Assembly (NCBI RefSeq): GCF_009914755.1
Contig: NC_060929.1
Direction: 5' to 3' (one strand)
Length of the DNA stretch: 64,000 nucleotides
Origin: the human T2T-CHM13v2.0 reference genome, Homo sapiens
Below the pieces are notes generated by a model that worked only from the letters and a program-made list of their open reading frames with translations, did no database searches and was not told where the DNA came from. This document shows positions 25,798 through 39,838 of the stretch, one piece after another; the first letter of the stretch is position 1; every line of letters starts with the position of its first letter. A program made the translations under genes and the position numbers.

Positions 25798-26560
25798 GAT
25801 GGCCTCTGGAAGAGCAGCATTCAAGGGTGAAAGACAGTAGTGGAGAATGTTGCCAAGAAAACTGGAGCATGTAGGCTAGAGAATTTCTTCACATAAAATT
25901 CTATAATTCTCTAAGTAAAAGTACATAGGGACCATCGCATCTTGTCAACTAATAAATATATTGTTAATATCATAATTATCAGGAATAATGAGAAATATAA
26001 TTTAAGGAAATACTGTCAATAGCATCCTACTCTTTTCATCCAAGTTAGACATGAGCCCAAGTTAGCAGTACTTAAAAGGAAGAACTGAATTCTTTTGAAA
26101 TGAGTGTTAAGGTATTCCAGCTTTGATCAGTTGCATGGGCAAAGCTGAAGACTCTTCACCAGAGGTTAGCATGACTAAGAAAGTGAGATTGGAAATCTTC
26201 TAATTACAATTTCCAGGTCAACAATACATATTCACACAGGAATATGTATATATGTTCCCTTGCTAAACAAAAGCAATCAGGTAATAATGGGTTTTTTGGA
26301 AACCTGAACCTAATATTCTGTGCCATCCATCTTAGAGATCTTGCTGAATTCCTGAGTTAGTATTTGAGGGATACTTGGCAAAGACTCAGTTTTATCCACT
26401 GACTCACAGTTGTGGTCAAAGTTGAAGAAGGGCATGAGTCTGCCGCCTACAGGCTACTGGCCATTTCTAAGTTTGGAGGTTCTGTTTGTTCAATTCAGGG
26501 CACTCTGAGGAAACATGTGTTAGGATGTGTGGGGAGTGGAGGTCAGCCCCCCACTGACCA

Positions 26561-26795
26561 GGGAGCTGGTCAGAATTTGGCACAGTTGGTTAAAATAAGG
26601 AGCTGAGGTCAACTTTGGTGGTTTGACCCCTCCGTGGACCTTTTATCTTGTAATTCTCCCACCACAGACTCTAACCTCTTTCCAAGAAGTGGTCTCCTAT
26701 ATGCCTCCTTTTGGGTTCAGACAGGGAACAAGAGAGACACTGTGGATGAGTCAATGAACATTCATCATCCCTTCTTGGGGAAACCTCAAAACCTT
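26561..26795 (+). mobile_element. Ancient tRNA-derived SINE, MamSINE1-like
   Basis: Pol III A-box-like tggcacagttgg and B-box-like ggtttgacccc, then ccacagact, gagagacactgtggatg and aaacctcaaa in the order recalled for MamSINE1. Confidence 0.6.
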
Positions 26796-26906
26796 TGATC
26801 TTTTTCCCAAAGGCCCAAACTAATGGTTGGAAAATGCCTAAAGGCAAATCAATGCCTAGAGAGAGTTTTATAGTGGAATAAGGGCAGCGCCAGTTTCTCT
26901 GTATTG

Positions 26907-27313
<407 letters not shown>

Positions 27314-27569
27314 TGATTTGGTGATTAAAATAAAACGAGCAGTTTCAAGTCCCTGCTGCTGACTGTTAACACACTCTTCCCTCTCAGGAAATGGAAAAGA
27401 GGAATGTAATTATACTTCAATAGGGGAACACTCATATAGAATATAGAAGAATTATAGCCTCTGGGGCAACCAAATGTGTTGAGGACCCCACTCTGATATG
27501 CAGAAGTCTTGCTTTCCATGGGAAGGAGTCCCTGAGAAGAAAAAAGATAATTCTAGATTGTCACATGAG

Positions 27570-28400
27570 TCAGCAGAAAAGGCTATGATTATGAGGACCC
27601 TTAATATTGCAAAGGACAAAACATACTTCATATTAGCTAAAAAACAAAAAAAGGGAATATCTTTATGACATCAGTGAGAGATTCAAAGGGTCATGCAGCC
27701 TTTGGGTTCAAGTATATCCAAGGATTCAAATGAGGTCAACAGGATTCTGTTTTCTTTATCCCTTGGTTCTGCTTGCTTCTGAATGGCTTCATTTTCAGAT
27801 AGGCCCTCTCCTCACGGAGGCAAGATGGCCACTGGAAGTTCCACGCTCAAAATGTCTTTACTGCTTGCAGTGTCAGAGAACAAAAGAGGGGGAGTCTTTC
27901 CTGAGAGCTCTGGAAAGTCTCAGGAAGCCCTTTTATTGTGCTGGTATGTTAGTCAGAGTCGCTGGTTATGTTGTGGGTACGATGAATCCCAAATCCAAGG
28001 CTTACCACTCCAGCTTATTTCTCACTCATGTGACATGCCCAATGTGTCCTTGGTCATTAGGGACCCGGAATGATGAACACTCCACCATTTATAGTTCCAC
28101 CATCTGGAACTTAATATTTTCTTTATTGCTGTAGTAGAGGAAGAAAAAGACTGTAGAATTAGGCATGGATTTTCACTGCTTCAGTCCAGAAGTGATCCAT
28201 AGCACTTCCTCTTACATTTTATTGGCCACATCTAGCGACACGGCAAGATGACTAGGAATGGGAGGGAGGATTTAGAATGTTAGACGAGGACTACTGTCTC
28301 TGCCACAGCTGACTTGGGTCATACGTTCATCTTTAGGTGAGGACTGTGGCCAGAGGATTGAATGCTTTGATTGTAAGTCCTAAGTCATTTGCTATCCCCA
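27570..28400 (-). mobile_element. Nested old MLT1 LTR remnants
   Basis: gcaagatggccactggaag; ttagtcagagtcgctggttatgttgtg; cagaagtgatccatagcacttcctcttacattttattggcca. Confidence 0.5.
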
Positions 28401-28825
28401 GGACTGGTGGGGGAAGCACAACTTAACCACTTTAGACTTACCAATAGCCCCAGGACTAGACCTGAGGCTGATAATATTTTTGGAGCAAACTAAGCAATCA
28501 GATGTTTAAAGCCTCAGAAAAAGTTGTTCAGCCATGTTTCCCCCAAATGAAATTTCCATCTAAGGTAGAGTTTGGTGAACTGGTCACAGAGTGATTACTG
28601 AGGACACAGAGCAAGTGTCAGCTGAAAAGGAAAGGACATTAGGATCCCTGGAAGCTGATTTAGACTACATCCCTGGGAAGGCTGCCAAGGGAGGCTGATC
28701 ATCATCATTTATCAATGACCAGGAGGAGACAGTTCAAGGGTGGTGCTGCCCTAAGTCCAGCATGTGACCAGGACTACTTTCAGCAATGGTCCTATACAAA
28801 CTCTGCCTCATGGAAGAAGGATGAA

Positions 28826-29338
28826 TGTGTATGGTATACAAAATAATGGCCCCCAAATGTGTCTACCATCTAATCCCCAGGACCTATGAATATGTTAGGT
28901 TACATGGCAAGATGAATTAAGGTTGCAGATGGAATTAGGGATGCTAATCTGCTGATCTTGAGATGGAAGGAGTATCCTGGACTAGCCAGGTGAAATCAAT
29001 GTAATCACAAGGTTCTTTATAAATGGAAGAGAGAGAATAAGAGAGATGGCAGCATAGGGCCTCAGCCTCACCTTGCTAGCTTTGAAATGGAGGAAGGGGC
29101 CATGAGCTATGGAATGTAGGTGGTCTCTAGAAGCTAGAAAAGACAAGAAACTAGATTCTTCCTTAGAGTCTCCAGAAGGAATGCAACTCTGCCGAAGCCT
29201 TGATTTTAGCTGAGTCTTTTGTGAGGCTTCTGATCTCCAGAAATATAAGATAATAAATCTATGTTTTATTAGCCACTAAAGCTAATAAAGCCACTAAAGT
29301 TATTTTAATTTTCACTACAGCAATAGGAAATTAACACA
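28826..29338 (+). mobile_element. MaLR LTR (MLT1D-like)
   Basis: aataatggcccccaaa...aattaaggttgcagatggaattaggg...cagcaataggaaattaacaca. Confidence 0.85.
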
Positions 29339-30619
29339 CTGTGGCTCAGGCTTCTAGCACCCTTGCCCCAGGAAGCACAGGCACAGAGGTGTTTAGATAT
29401 GACTGAGCCCTTCAGGATGAGGACTGGGCTGGAGAGACCTCCCAGAGATAAAAGGGGACACTGGCCAGACAAGGCAGGCAGATGCCATGGTTCCTGTGAT
29501 GGGGGAGTAGACAAAACATGAAGAAGGTGCCAGAGAACAAGGCCTTCTTGATCCCTTGTGTCCTTCCTGGAGTCAAGGCAGCCCAGAGTTTGTGTATCAT
29601 TTGATTGCCCTTCTCGCCTGAAACATAGATGTTGAATTAGAACATACTAAAACCAAAGCAAAACACAGACAAATAACTGGATATTTTTTCACCAGGCCAA
29701 GTTGGGTGGGGCACTGTAAGAACTCAAACTTTACAGGCCGAGAAGTCAGGGCCAAACCCACAGACCTAGTAAATTAGCCCAAGTTGAGAGGCATGCACAC
29801 AGCCTGGACTTCAGAATGGAGATTTTTCTAACAATCTTCACAGGAGTTGACTCACGGTATGCTCCATATCATGGTCGTATAGAAGGAGACAGTTAGGAGA
29901 ACAGTACTCCTTTAAGGATAATTTATGAGCTTGCATAAATACCCATATACACACGGACAGAGAAAGCCAAAACTTTCTAATGTCTTCAATTACCTTGTCT
30001 GCCAAGAAGAAGGGAACACTAGCAGGAAAGGCTTGCCTCCTTAGAATCAAATGGATTCCCCACTCCCATCTTTGGTGTAATGCTACACATGTGCAGGTAG
30101 CATACCAATAGGGTCAGAAGAATGAGGCTTCGATCATTGGTAATGGGACCCACAACTTGCCATTGCTCTCAGAAGCATAGCAAGTGAATGCTGTGATCCT
30201 TTCATAGAAACTTGTAGCCCTCATACTGTGAGCTAATGGTCCCAGTCTTGTTCTTAGGTGACCATATGTTCACATTAAGCTTGAACTTTAGTGCTCCCAT
30301 ATCTATTAGTTATCAGCATCCAAGTCACTCAGAGCAGACAAACCACTCCAACATTTGGATTGAATTAACACCCTTACTGGCAAACCACTTACAGAGGGAA
30401 TCAATCTCCCTTCAGAGGCCAAAGTATTCTCAGTGCCCCTTCTAGGAACAGCTCTGCTTTCAGACAGCTGAGGCTGAGAACTGCTGAGATGCTTGGCCAC
30501 CCTGTCAAGCATCCACTGTCGGTAGTTTGTGGGCATGAGAAGGCTTCATGACTCCAGGGCTTTGGTTACTAGACTTTGCCAAGTGCTCACTTGTCAAGCT
30601 AAGGCATGAGGTAAAGGAA

Positions 30620-30790
30620 ACCCACATCTATTGAGCATCGATTTGCCAGGTGCACATCTATTATCGAATTCAATCACCACAGCAACACTATGAAGTTGAC
30701 ACTGTTATTCTTAATTCAGAACCTGGGAACTTGAAAAGCTCCAGCCTAATATGGTTAACTTGCCCAAGTTGCACAGCTAGCAAGCAGGAG
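30620..30790 (-). mobile_element. MIR SINE
   Basis: tattgagcat...cacagcaacactatgaag...ggttaacttgcccaagttgcacagctag. Confidence 0.7.
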
Positions 30791-31369
30791 AGCTCACGCC
30801 TTTTCAGGATCCCCTTGGGCGTCCTAAGTGGTCACATACTAAAGTCTCATTTTATAAATTCCCATCCCTCTTGCTGATTTTTTGTATGATCTGAATAAAC
30901 TTTCTTTCCATCTCTGGGATGCAATTTTTCTAAAAATTGATATGAGAGAAGGCAAGAGTATGAATTTTCATCGGGCACTTCAAAGAGAACTGATATATAG
31001 ATTCTAGTGTGGTCAGGTAGAATGAGCTGTGAATATGGTTTCAGAACACTCGTATGTGTCTCAGCTCTTCTCCTTATAAATTTTAAGGGCAAACCATTTA
31101 ACTTTGCTAATCCTTAACATGATAATTTTTTAAATGAGGAAAATAATACCCTATTATATACTATAGGACTATTATAAGGATCAAATGGAATGGCAGATAC
31201 AGAATTGCTATTTACCTGTAGTATTTTTAGCTCACAGGAGCAGGAATATAGGCATCAAAATTCTGTATCATTATTTTTGAAATCATACAGACCAAAAGTC
31301 TATACTTTTCCTATGGTTCATCTTTAGACATTCTATTACCTTTGGAAATGAATTCTAGAGTGGTTATCA

Positions 31370-31570
31370 TAATATTAGCTACCATTTATTGAGAGCCTCC
31401 CCTGCATGCATTATTTCTAATCTTCACATCTCACTCTTTCAAGCAGATATTACCCACAATTAAATCTTAAGAAACTGAGACCCAGAGGTTAAGTAACCTG
31501 CTCAGGGAATTGGCAGAAGCAGGATGGGTCACCAGGTATGGCTAATCCAAACTCTGTGTTCTCTATCTCA
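31370..31570 (-). mobile_element. MIR SINE
   Basis: agctaccatttattgaga...aagaaactgagacccagaggttaagtaacctgctca. Confidence 0.75.
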
Positions 31571-32199
31571 CATTTTGTAGAAAAAAAATACTAAGAGGTT
31601 ATTAATTTATAATATAATTTATTTATTGCTATTCATGTATACATTTACTAATTTATATAGAACAAATAGTTAGCCTGTGGGTCTGTCACAAAGAGTTTGC
31701 ACCAATTCCTAGGAACTGTTGTATTTACTGCTGATTCTTCATTTCTGCTCTCTCCTTTCTTCTTTTTTCTTTTTTAACTTGGACACAGAGACAAACGTTA
31801 CATACAGGATGACATGGATCAGTTCCTATCAAAACCAACACATCCATGAGGTGGTCTGTGCTTGTGTTCCCACTGAAACTTGCCCTGGTCAGCCCTGGTG
31901 AGGGGCTGCCTGTGCTCCACTGAGATCATGCTGGGGTACTGGGCAAAGGGCAAATTTCATGGCAGACAGGCAGCCTCATTCAATTTCATTAGTAAATTCT
32001 CCAGCTCCCAACCTCCCTACCAGGCTTCCTACTTAACCTTCATTTCAGTCTTTTGAACAAACAGCCAAGGAAGGAAAAAAATTCCAGCTAGATCACAGGC
32101 TGGAAATACAACATAGGTAGAGGACAGAATGTTTTCAGGTGGAGAGAAGCGTTGAGTCGCCTTACTCCCCAGTCCCAGACCTGTGTGATTTCAAAGGGA

Positions 32200-32440
32200 G
32201 AGAGCATAGCAGAGTGGTAAGAGGAGGGTGATCTGTGCTAATAGGCCTCTTGGATGCCTATCCCAACTCAGCCACTTTCACATTGTGTCTAGACAAATTC
32301 TTTAGCCTCTCTGGATGTTTATCATCTCTAATAAGGAAATAACCTCATCAAGTGATTGTGAGGATTAACTGACCCATGTGAAAGCCCCAACACAGAGGCT
32401 GACACATAGAAAGCATTTAATAAATGCTGCTATTAGTAGC
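32200..32440 (+). mobile_element. MIR SINE, near full length
   Basis: gcatagcagagtggtaaga...gattgtgaggattaa...ctgacacatagaaagcatttaataaatgct. Confidence 0.8.
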
Positions 32441-32869
32441 TAGTAGATGGAGTGGTTGGTTGGAGGATGGACCAGAAGCATCATATTCCCATAGAATGGT
32501 CCTGGTATGACCCAGAAATGTCTTTCTTAATTGTCTGCTGAAGGGCAACCAGACTGGGTGTGACTCATATTCGAGGTTCCCCCCAGGAATGGTATCTACT
32601 GCCCTGCATGCAATTTCTGTTTAACACATTGTTTTCTCAAACTGTGGTGTAAGGGCCTTCTGAATAACAATCACCTTGGGTGCCTTTAAAAATACACGTA
32701 GCTATACTCCACCCAGATCTACAGACCCAGCATCTCTTGGGTAGGGGGTGGGTGGGAATTTACCTCCTACCTTTGTCCAGAGTCTAATGAGATTAACCAG
32801 GCTGAGGATGGGCAAGAAGAATGAGGGAATGAGACTCCAGAGCAGTGGTGTAGCTGAGCAGACCTCTGA

Positions 32870-33317
<448 letters not shown>

Positions 33318-33357
33318 CAGGCTTTTTCTTAATACCCCTGAGTTATTCTAATAATTT

Positions 33358-33784
33358 TGTTAAACAATATTTATAGGAGGCCATTGGTTTGGACTGAGCC
33401 CCTGCCCTAAACCCCACAGACCAAACTGAAATGGAGCTTCTCCTGCTGAAGTTTCGCACCACCAAGCCAAAACTAAGATCTTTATCTGACCTTCAAGAAA
33501 TGAGAGAGATAATAGCCAAACCACCAAGCAGGGCAACTTTAATCTGCAAAAAGAAGTCCCCTCTGCTTTAACCTTTACAAGAAAAGTAATTTTGAAATAA
33601 CGAATTTGTATTTTGTTTTGTTTCTGCTTTCCTCAGCCATTTCCTATCTACAAAACCAAACTCCTCTGCTCTGCTCATCAGAACATTCGTTCTATTTTAT
33701 AGAGTGAGGTGTTGTCCAATTCTAGAATCACAAATAAAAGCCAATTTAAGATCTTTAACTTTGTTATCATTTTGTTTTTTGACA
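33358..33784 (+). mobile_element. ERV1 solo LTR (MER31-like, MER4 group)
   Basis: TG...CA termini (tgttaaacaa...ttttgaca); ggaggccattggtttggactgagc; aataaa near 33732; 4-bp flanks attt/attg. Confidence 0.7.
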
Positions 33785-34389
33785 ATTGTAATCAAACACT
33801 TACTATCTAAGGCTCTCCCTTAACATCGTGATGTCTTCTAGGAGCTGCAATTCCATGGACGAATAAAACACAATCCCATATCTGAAATGCTTATGGACAG
33901 GTGATCAGTTGGCAAGACAAGGTAGTCCCTATGAAAGCAATTTAGGAGAACACAGATTGCAACCAAGTTGTGATTGGCAAAAATGGCCCCAATGCAAGGT
34001 AGAATATGGTCTCTCTCCCGTGTGGTTCACCCCACGCACACTGACAACCCACTTCTTTAACATTTAAACAAGGGAAATGACGATGACCAGGCCAAGGTAA
34101 AGTCCTGGGAACCAGAGGTATGGATTTTTTTGGAAGCAGGGTGTTTTAAAGGTAATGGGCTTTGCACTAGAGAACTCTGTGTCCTTTGAAGGATGAGGGG
34201 CCATAGAAGGAAGAGGAAATGGATTGTGGACACCTCCCATAAGTCAGATACACAAACACACAGGACTCTTCCAGGAGAAGGGGTAAGGGCCAGGGAAGAG
34301 CCACTCTCCATTTTCTCCCCAGTGCCCTGGATACTGTGATGAAGAGAAAAAAAACAATGCCTCATCTTAATCCCAAATCCACTTCCAGA

Positions 34390-34555
34390 TACTTATTTAA
34401 CTTTGAAAAAAATATCCTTACCTCTTTGAGGTTCATTTTTCTCATCAACAAAATGCAGATTATATATATATTTTTTATCTTGCAGGTTAATTGTGAGTAA
34501 CCAAATTGCATAATTTATATGAAAGTGCTCTGTAAACTCTAACATGCCATTCATG
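34390..34555 (+). mobile_element. MIR SINE
   Basis: ttcatttttctcatcaacaaaatg...tatgaaagtgctctgtaaact. Confidence 0.65.
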
Positions 34556-34562
34556 TTTGTTC

Positions 34563-35031
34563 TGAAGGAGTTTAGGAAATACCACCCCAAATATGCTGCT
34601 TTGGTGTGCTGATGACTTCAAATTGAGGGCATTTGGGGAACAGCTAGTGCAAGAAGGGGCTTTCTCTAAACTTCCCTTATCTGCTTAAAGACAGATCCTT
34701 TGGAAGAACTCAGTCGTCATGAATCCCCAACAAACCCCACTCAGCCTGCCCACTACTGCCCTTGAATCTCATCTACCACCCATTCCTCTTTCCCTCAAAT
34801 CATTTACTCTTCCCTAAGTTACCTACATTCTGTCTCCCCTACAACGAGCCCATGTAGATTTCTAGATCTCATTGGGTTTTGCAAATATCCCCTTTTCTTT
34901 TCTGGGATGCCGCCATGTACATAATAAATTTGTCTGCCTGTTCTCCTGTTAATGTGATTGCTGTCAACGTATTTTATAGACGCAGTTATCAAATTCTCAG
35001 AGGGTAAAGGGAAAGTCTTTTCTCCTCTGCA
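34563..35031 (+). mobile_element. ERV1 solo LTR (MER34-like)
   Basis: tgaaggagtttaggaaataccaccccaaatatgc...aataaatttgtctgcc...tctcctctgca; perfect 4-bp TSD gttc at 34559-34562 and 35032-35035. Confidence 0.8.
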
Positions 35032-36420
35032 GTTCTTATTATGAAAAAAATCTATTATTTAATAAACCAGAATGTATAACTCCTATTCCACATCTGATAA
35101 TAAAGGTTTGAGGTGTCATTTTCATTATTGCTCACAGCTTCTAACACAATGTCATAACCCTAGTTGGATCCTCAGAATATGTTACCAGCCAATACTGATA
35201 ATCCTCTCATATGCTATTCTTTTCAACACTCCAAAGAAACATTCTGCTCTGTTAATAGTTCTAGGCCAGGAGCTTGGTGTTTGAGAATACTTTCCAGAGA
35301 AGAAAATATTTCAGAAGACCTGACATCATTAAAAACCTTCTCCAATCGCCTACTCTTAGTCTCTTCAGTCAGAAGGAGCCCTACCTTGGAAGAGGTAGCT
35401 CTGAATTGGAATGGTCAGAGGAGAACAAAAATGTGTGGTCTGGGGGATGCACTGTCAGCCAAGAAACCTTTTAAGGCATCTGCTTCCAATGGAGAACCCA
35501 ATCTGGGATTCTGATGCCAATCTGGGACCAGCCCTGTGATGCCTAGAGTGTGCAAATCTTGGCACTGTAGGCCCTCATCCACTTAGCTAAACAATGAAGT
35601 ATCCCAGAGAAATGGGTTTTTACCTGGTTTCAGAGACTCATCGCCCCCGCCCCCCAACTCCCACCCACTGCCCACCACTTCTCCATTCATGGGGCTTGGG
35701 CCAGAAGGGGTAGGGATCTATGACAATCTGATCTGGTTCTCAACCCCCGCAGAAAAGTCCATCCGAGGTGGTGCAGCATAGTTCATTGTGCCACCTGACC
35801 CTGAATAATGAGCTCAAGCCAGCTCCTTTTCAGATCAGAATGTTCTCGAGAAAAGGCTTTCCCTTTGCCAGGGAGTGACTGGCTGCCTGACTAGAGCTAG
35901 AGATAACTCCTGGCAACTGTGAAGGCTGATGAGTCACCAGAGAGGTTTCCAACCTATTCTTATACCCTGAGAACAGCAGTGATCACTGATTTGCATCAGC
36001 ACACCTCTATTTTGGGTAGGTCTTTCTTGGAGTCGGGGTTTCCTGTAGTGTGCCATGAGTTCTCGGTCTCTCTTGACATCCCCTCCTCTCAGATTTGGCA
36101 ACCTGGGCCTGTTGAGTTGCCTTAGCAACACTAGTTACTGATGTCAGAAAGGGCAGGGACTCACAAACCAAGTTTTAAGTAATCACTTTCTTATTCAAGT
36201 TGCTCAGATTCTCATCAATGGGATAATAGAATTAAATGATGTTGACAACTAGGCATTATGCCTGGGGTGTAGTAAAGGCTCTATCAATGGTAGTTCCTTT
36301 TCCCTTCCCTATTATGGAGGTCAAACGTTTGAAAAAAATCCAGTGGCACTTGCACTTCTGTTCTTCTATCTGCTAATGGTGGCAGGTTGTCGTAAAACGA
36401 TGTGCTCAGCTGGGATTAGG

Positions 36421-36570
36421 CTCTTGCTATTCAAAGTATAGTCCATGGAACAGCAGCGTCTGTTGGAAATGCAGAATAGGCAGCCCTATCCCAGACCCAC
36501 TGAATCCAAATCTGCATTTTAATAAGATCTTGGGTGATGTATATGAATGTTAATGTTTAGGAAGCACCAA
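36421..36570. mobile_element. MER5B
   Basis: cttgctattcaaagtatagtcc...gaaatgcagaat...ccagacccactgaatcc...tgcattttaataagatc. Confidence 0.75.
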
Positions 36571-38334
36571 GCTAAGCCACTTGGGTGAGTCTAACCAGAG
36601 CTCCAAAAGGAGCAACCCATGGTTACAGGAGTTGGCGCGAAACTAAGTAAAGTACCAAACACTGTGCTACTAGTGTTCCACAGGGCAAAGAAAGAAGGGC
36701 CTCTTAAGGTAACCTTCCCTCATTCATTAGGAGCCTCAGACAAGTAATATGATGCCATGCCACTTGACTGACCATCGTTGGCATAACTGATTGAATAGAA
36801 CAATGAATGCCCAACCAGAGCCCTGACAGGCACCATGGATATCTGGCAGGCTCTGTGCAGCAAGAGGAGGTTGATCCATTGCACTAACGCAGCAGATAGA
36901 GTTTGAACTCGCTGAGTCATCACAGATGCCTAGAAGCCATGTCCTTGTTTTAATGACACACCTACAGAAACCACAAAACTGTTTGAAGCAGTATCAACTC
37001 AGTGAGAAAATGAACACGGGCCCAAGAAAAGATAAAGGAGAAGCATGGACTGGGAAGAAATAAAGGAAAAGGGTCAAAATGTTGTGGGCAAGATTGCCTA
37101 TCTTTCTTAAAAACTGAAGATTTAATTTCCTTTTACATTACAACTGCTTTTAATTTGCAGGATGTCACTCCCATTTTCTCAATGGTTTTCCTAATTATCA
37201 TTCAGCTCATAAGATGCTTTCTCACCCATGCACAGAAACTCAGCCTCATTGTGTGGGGGAAGGCACAGATCTGGCTGCTGATGTCATCAAGCAACACTCT
37301 TCAGACAACACTGTGAAGAAAGACTTACTATTGTTCAGATGTGCTAAGATTTCCCATTTTCTTCTGACTGCCTATCTCACAGGAAGACCAAGAATAGAGA
37401 TTGTATATTGTGAAGTACTCTCAGCCCAGAAAAGAGAAAGCAAAATAATAAGTGTGATAATGACATTGTCATAAGAGCTGGTTTGTGTATTATTCTTCCT
37501 GGTAACCTACCTATTGCCACCAGCGGCTATCTGAGATTGGGTAGACTGTGGCTCAACAGTAAGTGAGCCTCAAGCTTCTGGTGCAAATTGTTCGCTACAG
37601 CTCACACTAGCAGAGTAACAGCTCTGAGGGGAATACACAGACATCCCTGATTCATCCTTTTGACATCTATGGAAAGATAAAAGGGGATCATGTTATTTTA
37701 TGGGTGACTGGACTGGTATCAAACTTGCTGAATAACGTCTTCCTCCATCATCATTACCATGACCATCATTGCTATCATGGACAACACATGTTTTTTGAGG
37801 GTTGACTGTGCAGATAGAATTCTCATCCTCAAGGAGTTTATATTCTGGAGATCTGAATTATTTCCTAAAATATTTCCTTTATTTATAGACTAGATTGGGC
37901 AAAATTCCAGAAGGAAACAAATTATGGTCTTTAAAGTGTAGTAAAATCTATTTTCTGATAACACAGTATTTGGCTAGGCCATTTTTTGTTCATATAATTA
38001 CAAGTCCACAGATAACCAAAGAAACCAAATCTCCCCTTTGAGTCTTATCAGCCTGACTTGAGGCATATGTCCTTTCCTGGGACTATCTAACTGCAGCCAC
38101 ATAAGCAATGTGCCTGGTAGAAGCCTACTTTCAGGAAACGGCCTCATGGTAGGGGAAGAATGAAGTTCCCAAGATGATGGAACTAGAAACACAACCTAAC
38201 TACTATATCCAGACATCCACAGGAAAGGCTGTCAAGGGCTAGTTGAGATTGGTCTTTTCCTTTTCCTTTTTATCCAGTGAAATTTCATTCTTCCCTACCC
38301 TGCACGGCACCCCCTACCACAATTTCTTTTCTTT

Positions 38335-38935
38335 TCCTTTTTTTTTTTTTTTTTTAAATAATAGGCTTAATTTTTAGGAAAGTTTTAAGCTTACAGAAAA
38401 ACTGAAAGGAGAAAGTAGATCATTACCATTACCCCTTCTTCCCACTACACATAGTTTGTCCTCTTATTAATATCTTGCATTTGTGTGGTACACTTGTTAT
38501 AGCTGATGAACCAATATCAATACGCTATTATTAACTAAAGTTCATAGTTTATATTAGGGTTTACTCTTTGTGTCGTACAGTTCTATAGGTTTGGACAAAT
38601 GTCTAATGTCAGTCTTCTGCCATGACAGTATCATACTGAATAGTTTTACTGCCCTAAAAATCCCCTGGACTCTACCTGTTCATCCCACACAACCCTGGCA
38701 ACCACTGATCTTTTTACTGTCTCCGTAAGTTTTACCTTTCTTAGAATATCATAGTTGGAAGCAGATAGTATGTAGTATTTTCAGACTGGCTTCTTTCACT
38801 TAGCCATATGCATTTCAGTTGCCTCCATATCCTTTTGTGGCTTGATAGCTCATTTCTTTTTATCATCGAATAACATTCCATTCATTGTGTGGATATACCA
38901 AAGATTGTTTATCCACTGACATATTAAAGGACATC
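38335..38935 (-). mobile_element. L1M (L1MC-like) 3' end
   Basis: T tail, then gatgaaccaatatc...tattattaactaaagttcatagttt...ccctggcaaccactgatc...ttctttcacttagc. Confidence 0.8.
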
Positions 38936-39838
38936 CTCATTTCTTTTTTACTTCTCTGTTCTTGGATTAATCCTCAAGACTATCTTTTACTCCCACTTGG
39001 TACCTTTAATAGGCAACCATAAATTTCTTGCTTCTTTGTATTAGCATATTCAACTACTATTTCAACGTAAAAATGGCAGGGCTTACAGAGTGTTTGGTTG
39101 GCAGCTTCAGTATTCAGGTGGTAAAACTGTATTAATTGGCTCACCTGTTTACCTGGCAAGTGATACTTGAGTATGTACCTGAAGTCAGTGGAATATATTT
39201 TTAAGATGTCATGCCTGCATTTACACAATAAATTGGCTGCTGAGGCTGAGAATGATTTTGTGGCTATTCCAAGAAGTAGTAAAACTTTAACAACCTGAAT
39301 TTAAAATATCTTCAGGAATGGGGTGGAAGTTTTGTCACTATCCATGAGATAAAAACAGGATATGTAACAGCAACTTAAGAGGATATTGCCCAGCAACAGG
39401 CCAATAGTGTTGGCCACATTTAGTTAGCACCAGGAAAGGTTAAATGGGGTCAGAGATGTCATATGTAGGCAATGTTGGAGATAAATTTTCAATTTAACTT
39501 ATTTATCATTAAAATTTATAAAAATGGTTTTCTTGGGGGCATGTTGTGAATATTATTTTCTTCCGTAAACACCCTTCTCTCATCCACATGGCTCTTTTGT
39601 GGAGTGAGCTTCTTCAGGCATTTTTATGTGATCCTATTGCCTTGGCTGCCATTGGATTGGTCTAGAAGAGGACTCAACTCAAAATGGGTCAATTAAATAC
39701 AGAGGGGAAGATTCGGTCTTTTGAGTGTGACTAGATTTGGAACAATTAAGCTTTCATACTTTTGCAGGCCATATTTTATGCCCTGGGAATGAAACAAAGC
39801 CTGTCTTTAGGATGAAAAACATAAATGTATATGGAAAA

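Noticed and set aside
37161-37558. Possible exon (tttgcag acceptor, gtaagt donor)
   Set aside because: Splice-like motifs only; no coherent reading frame or recognisable product, and no transcript evidence available.
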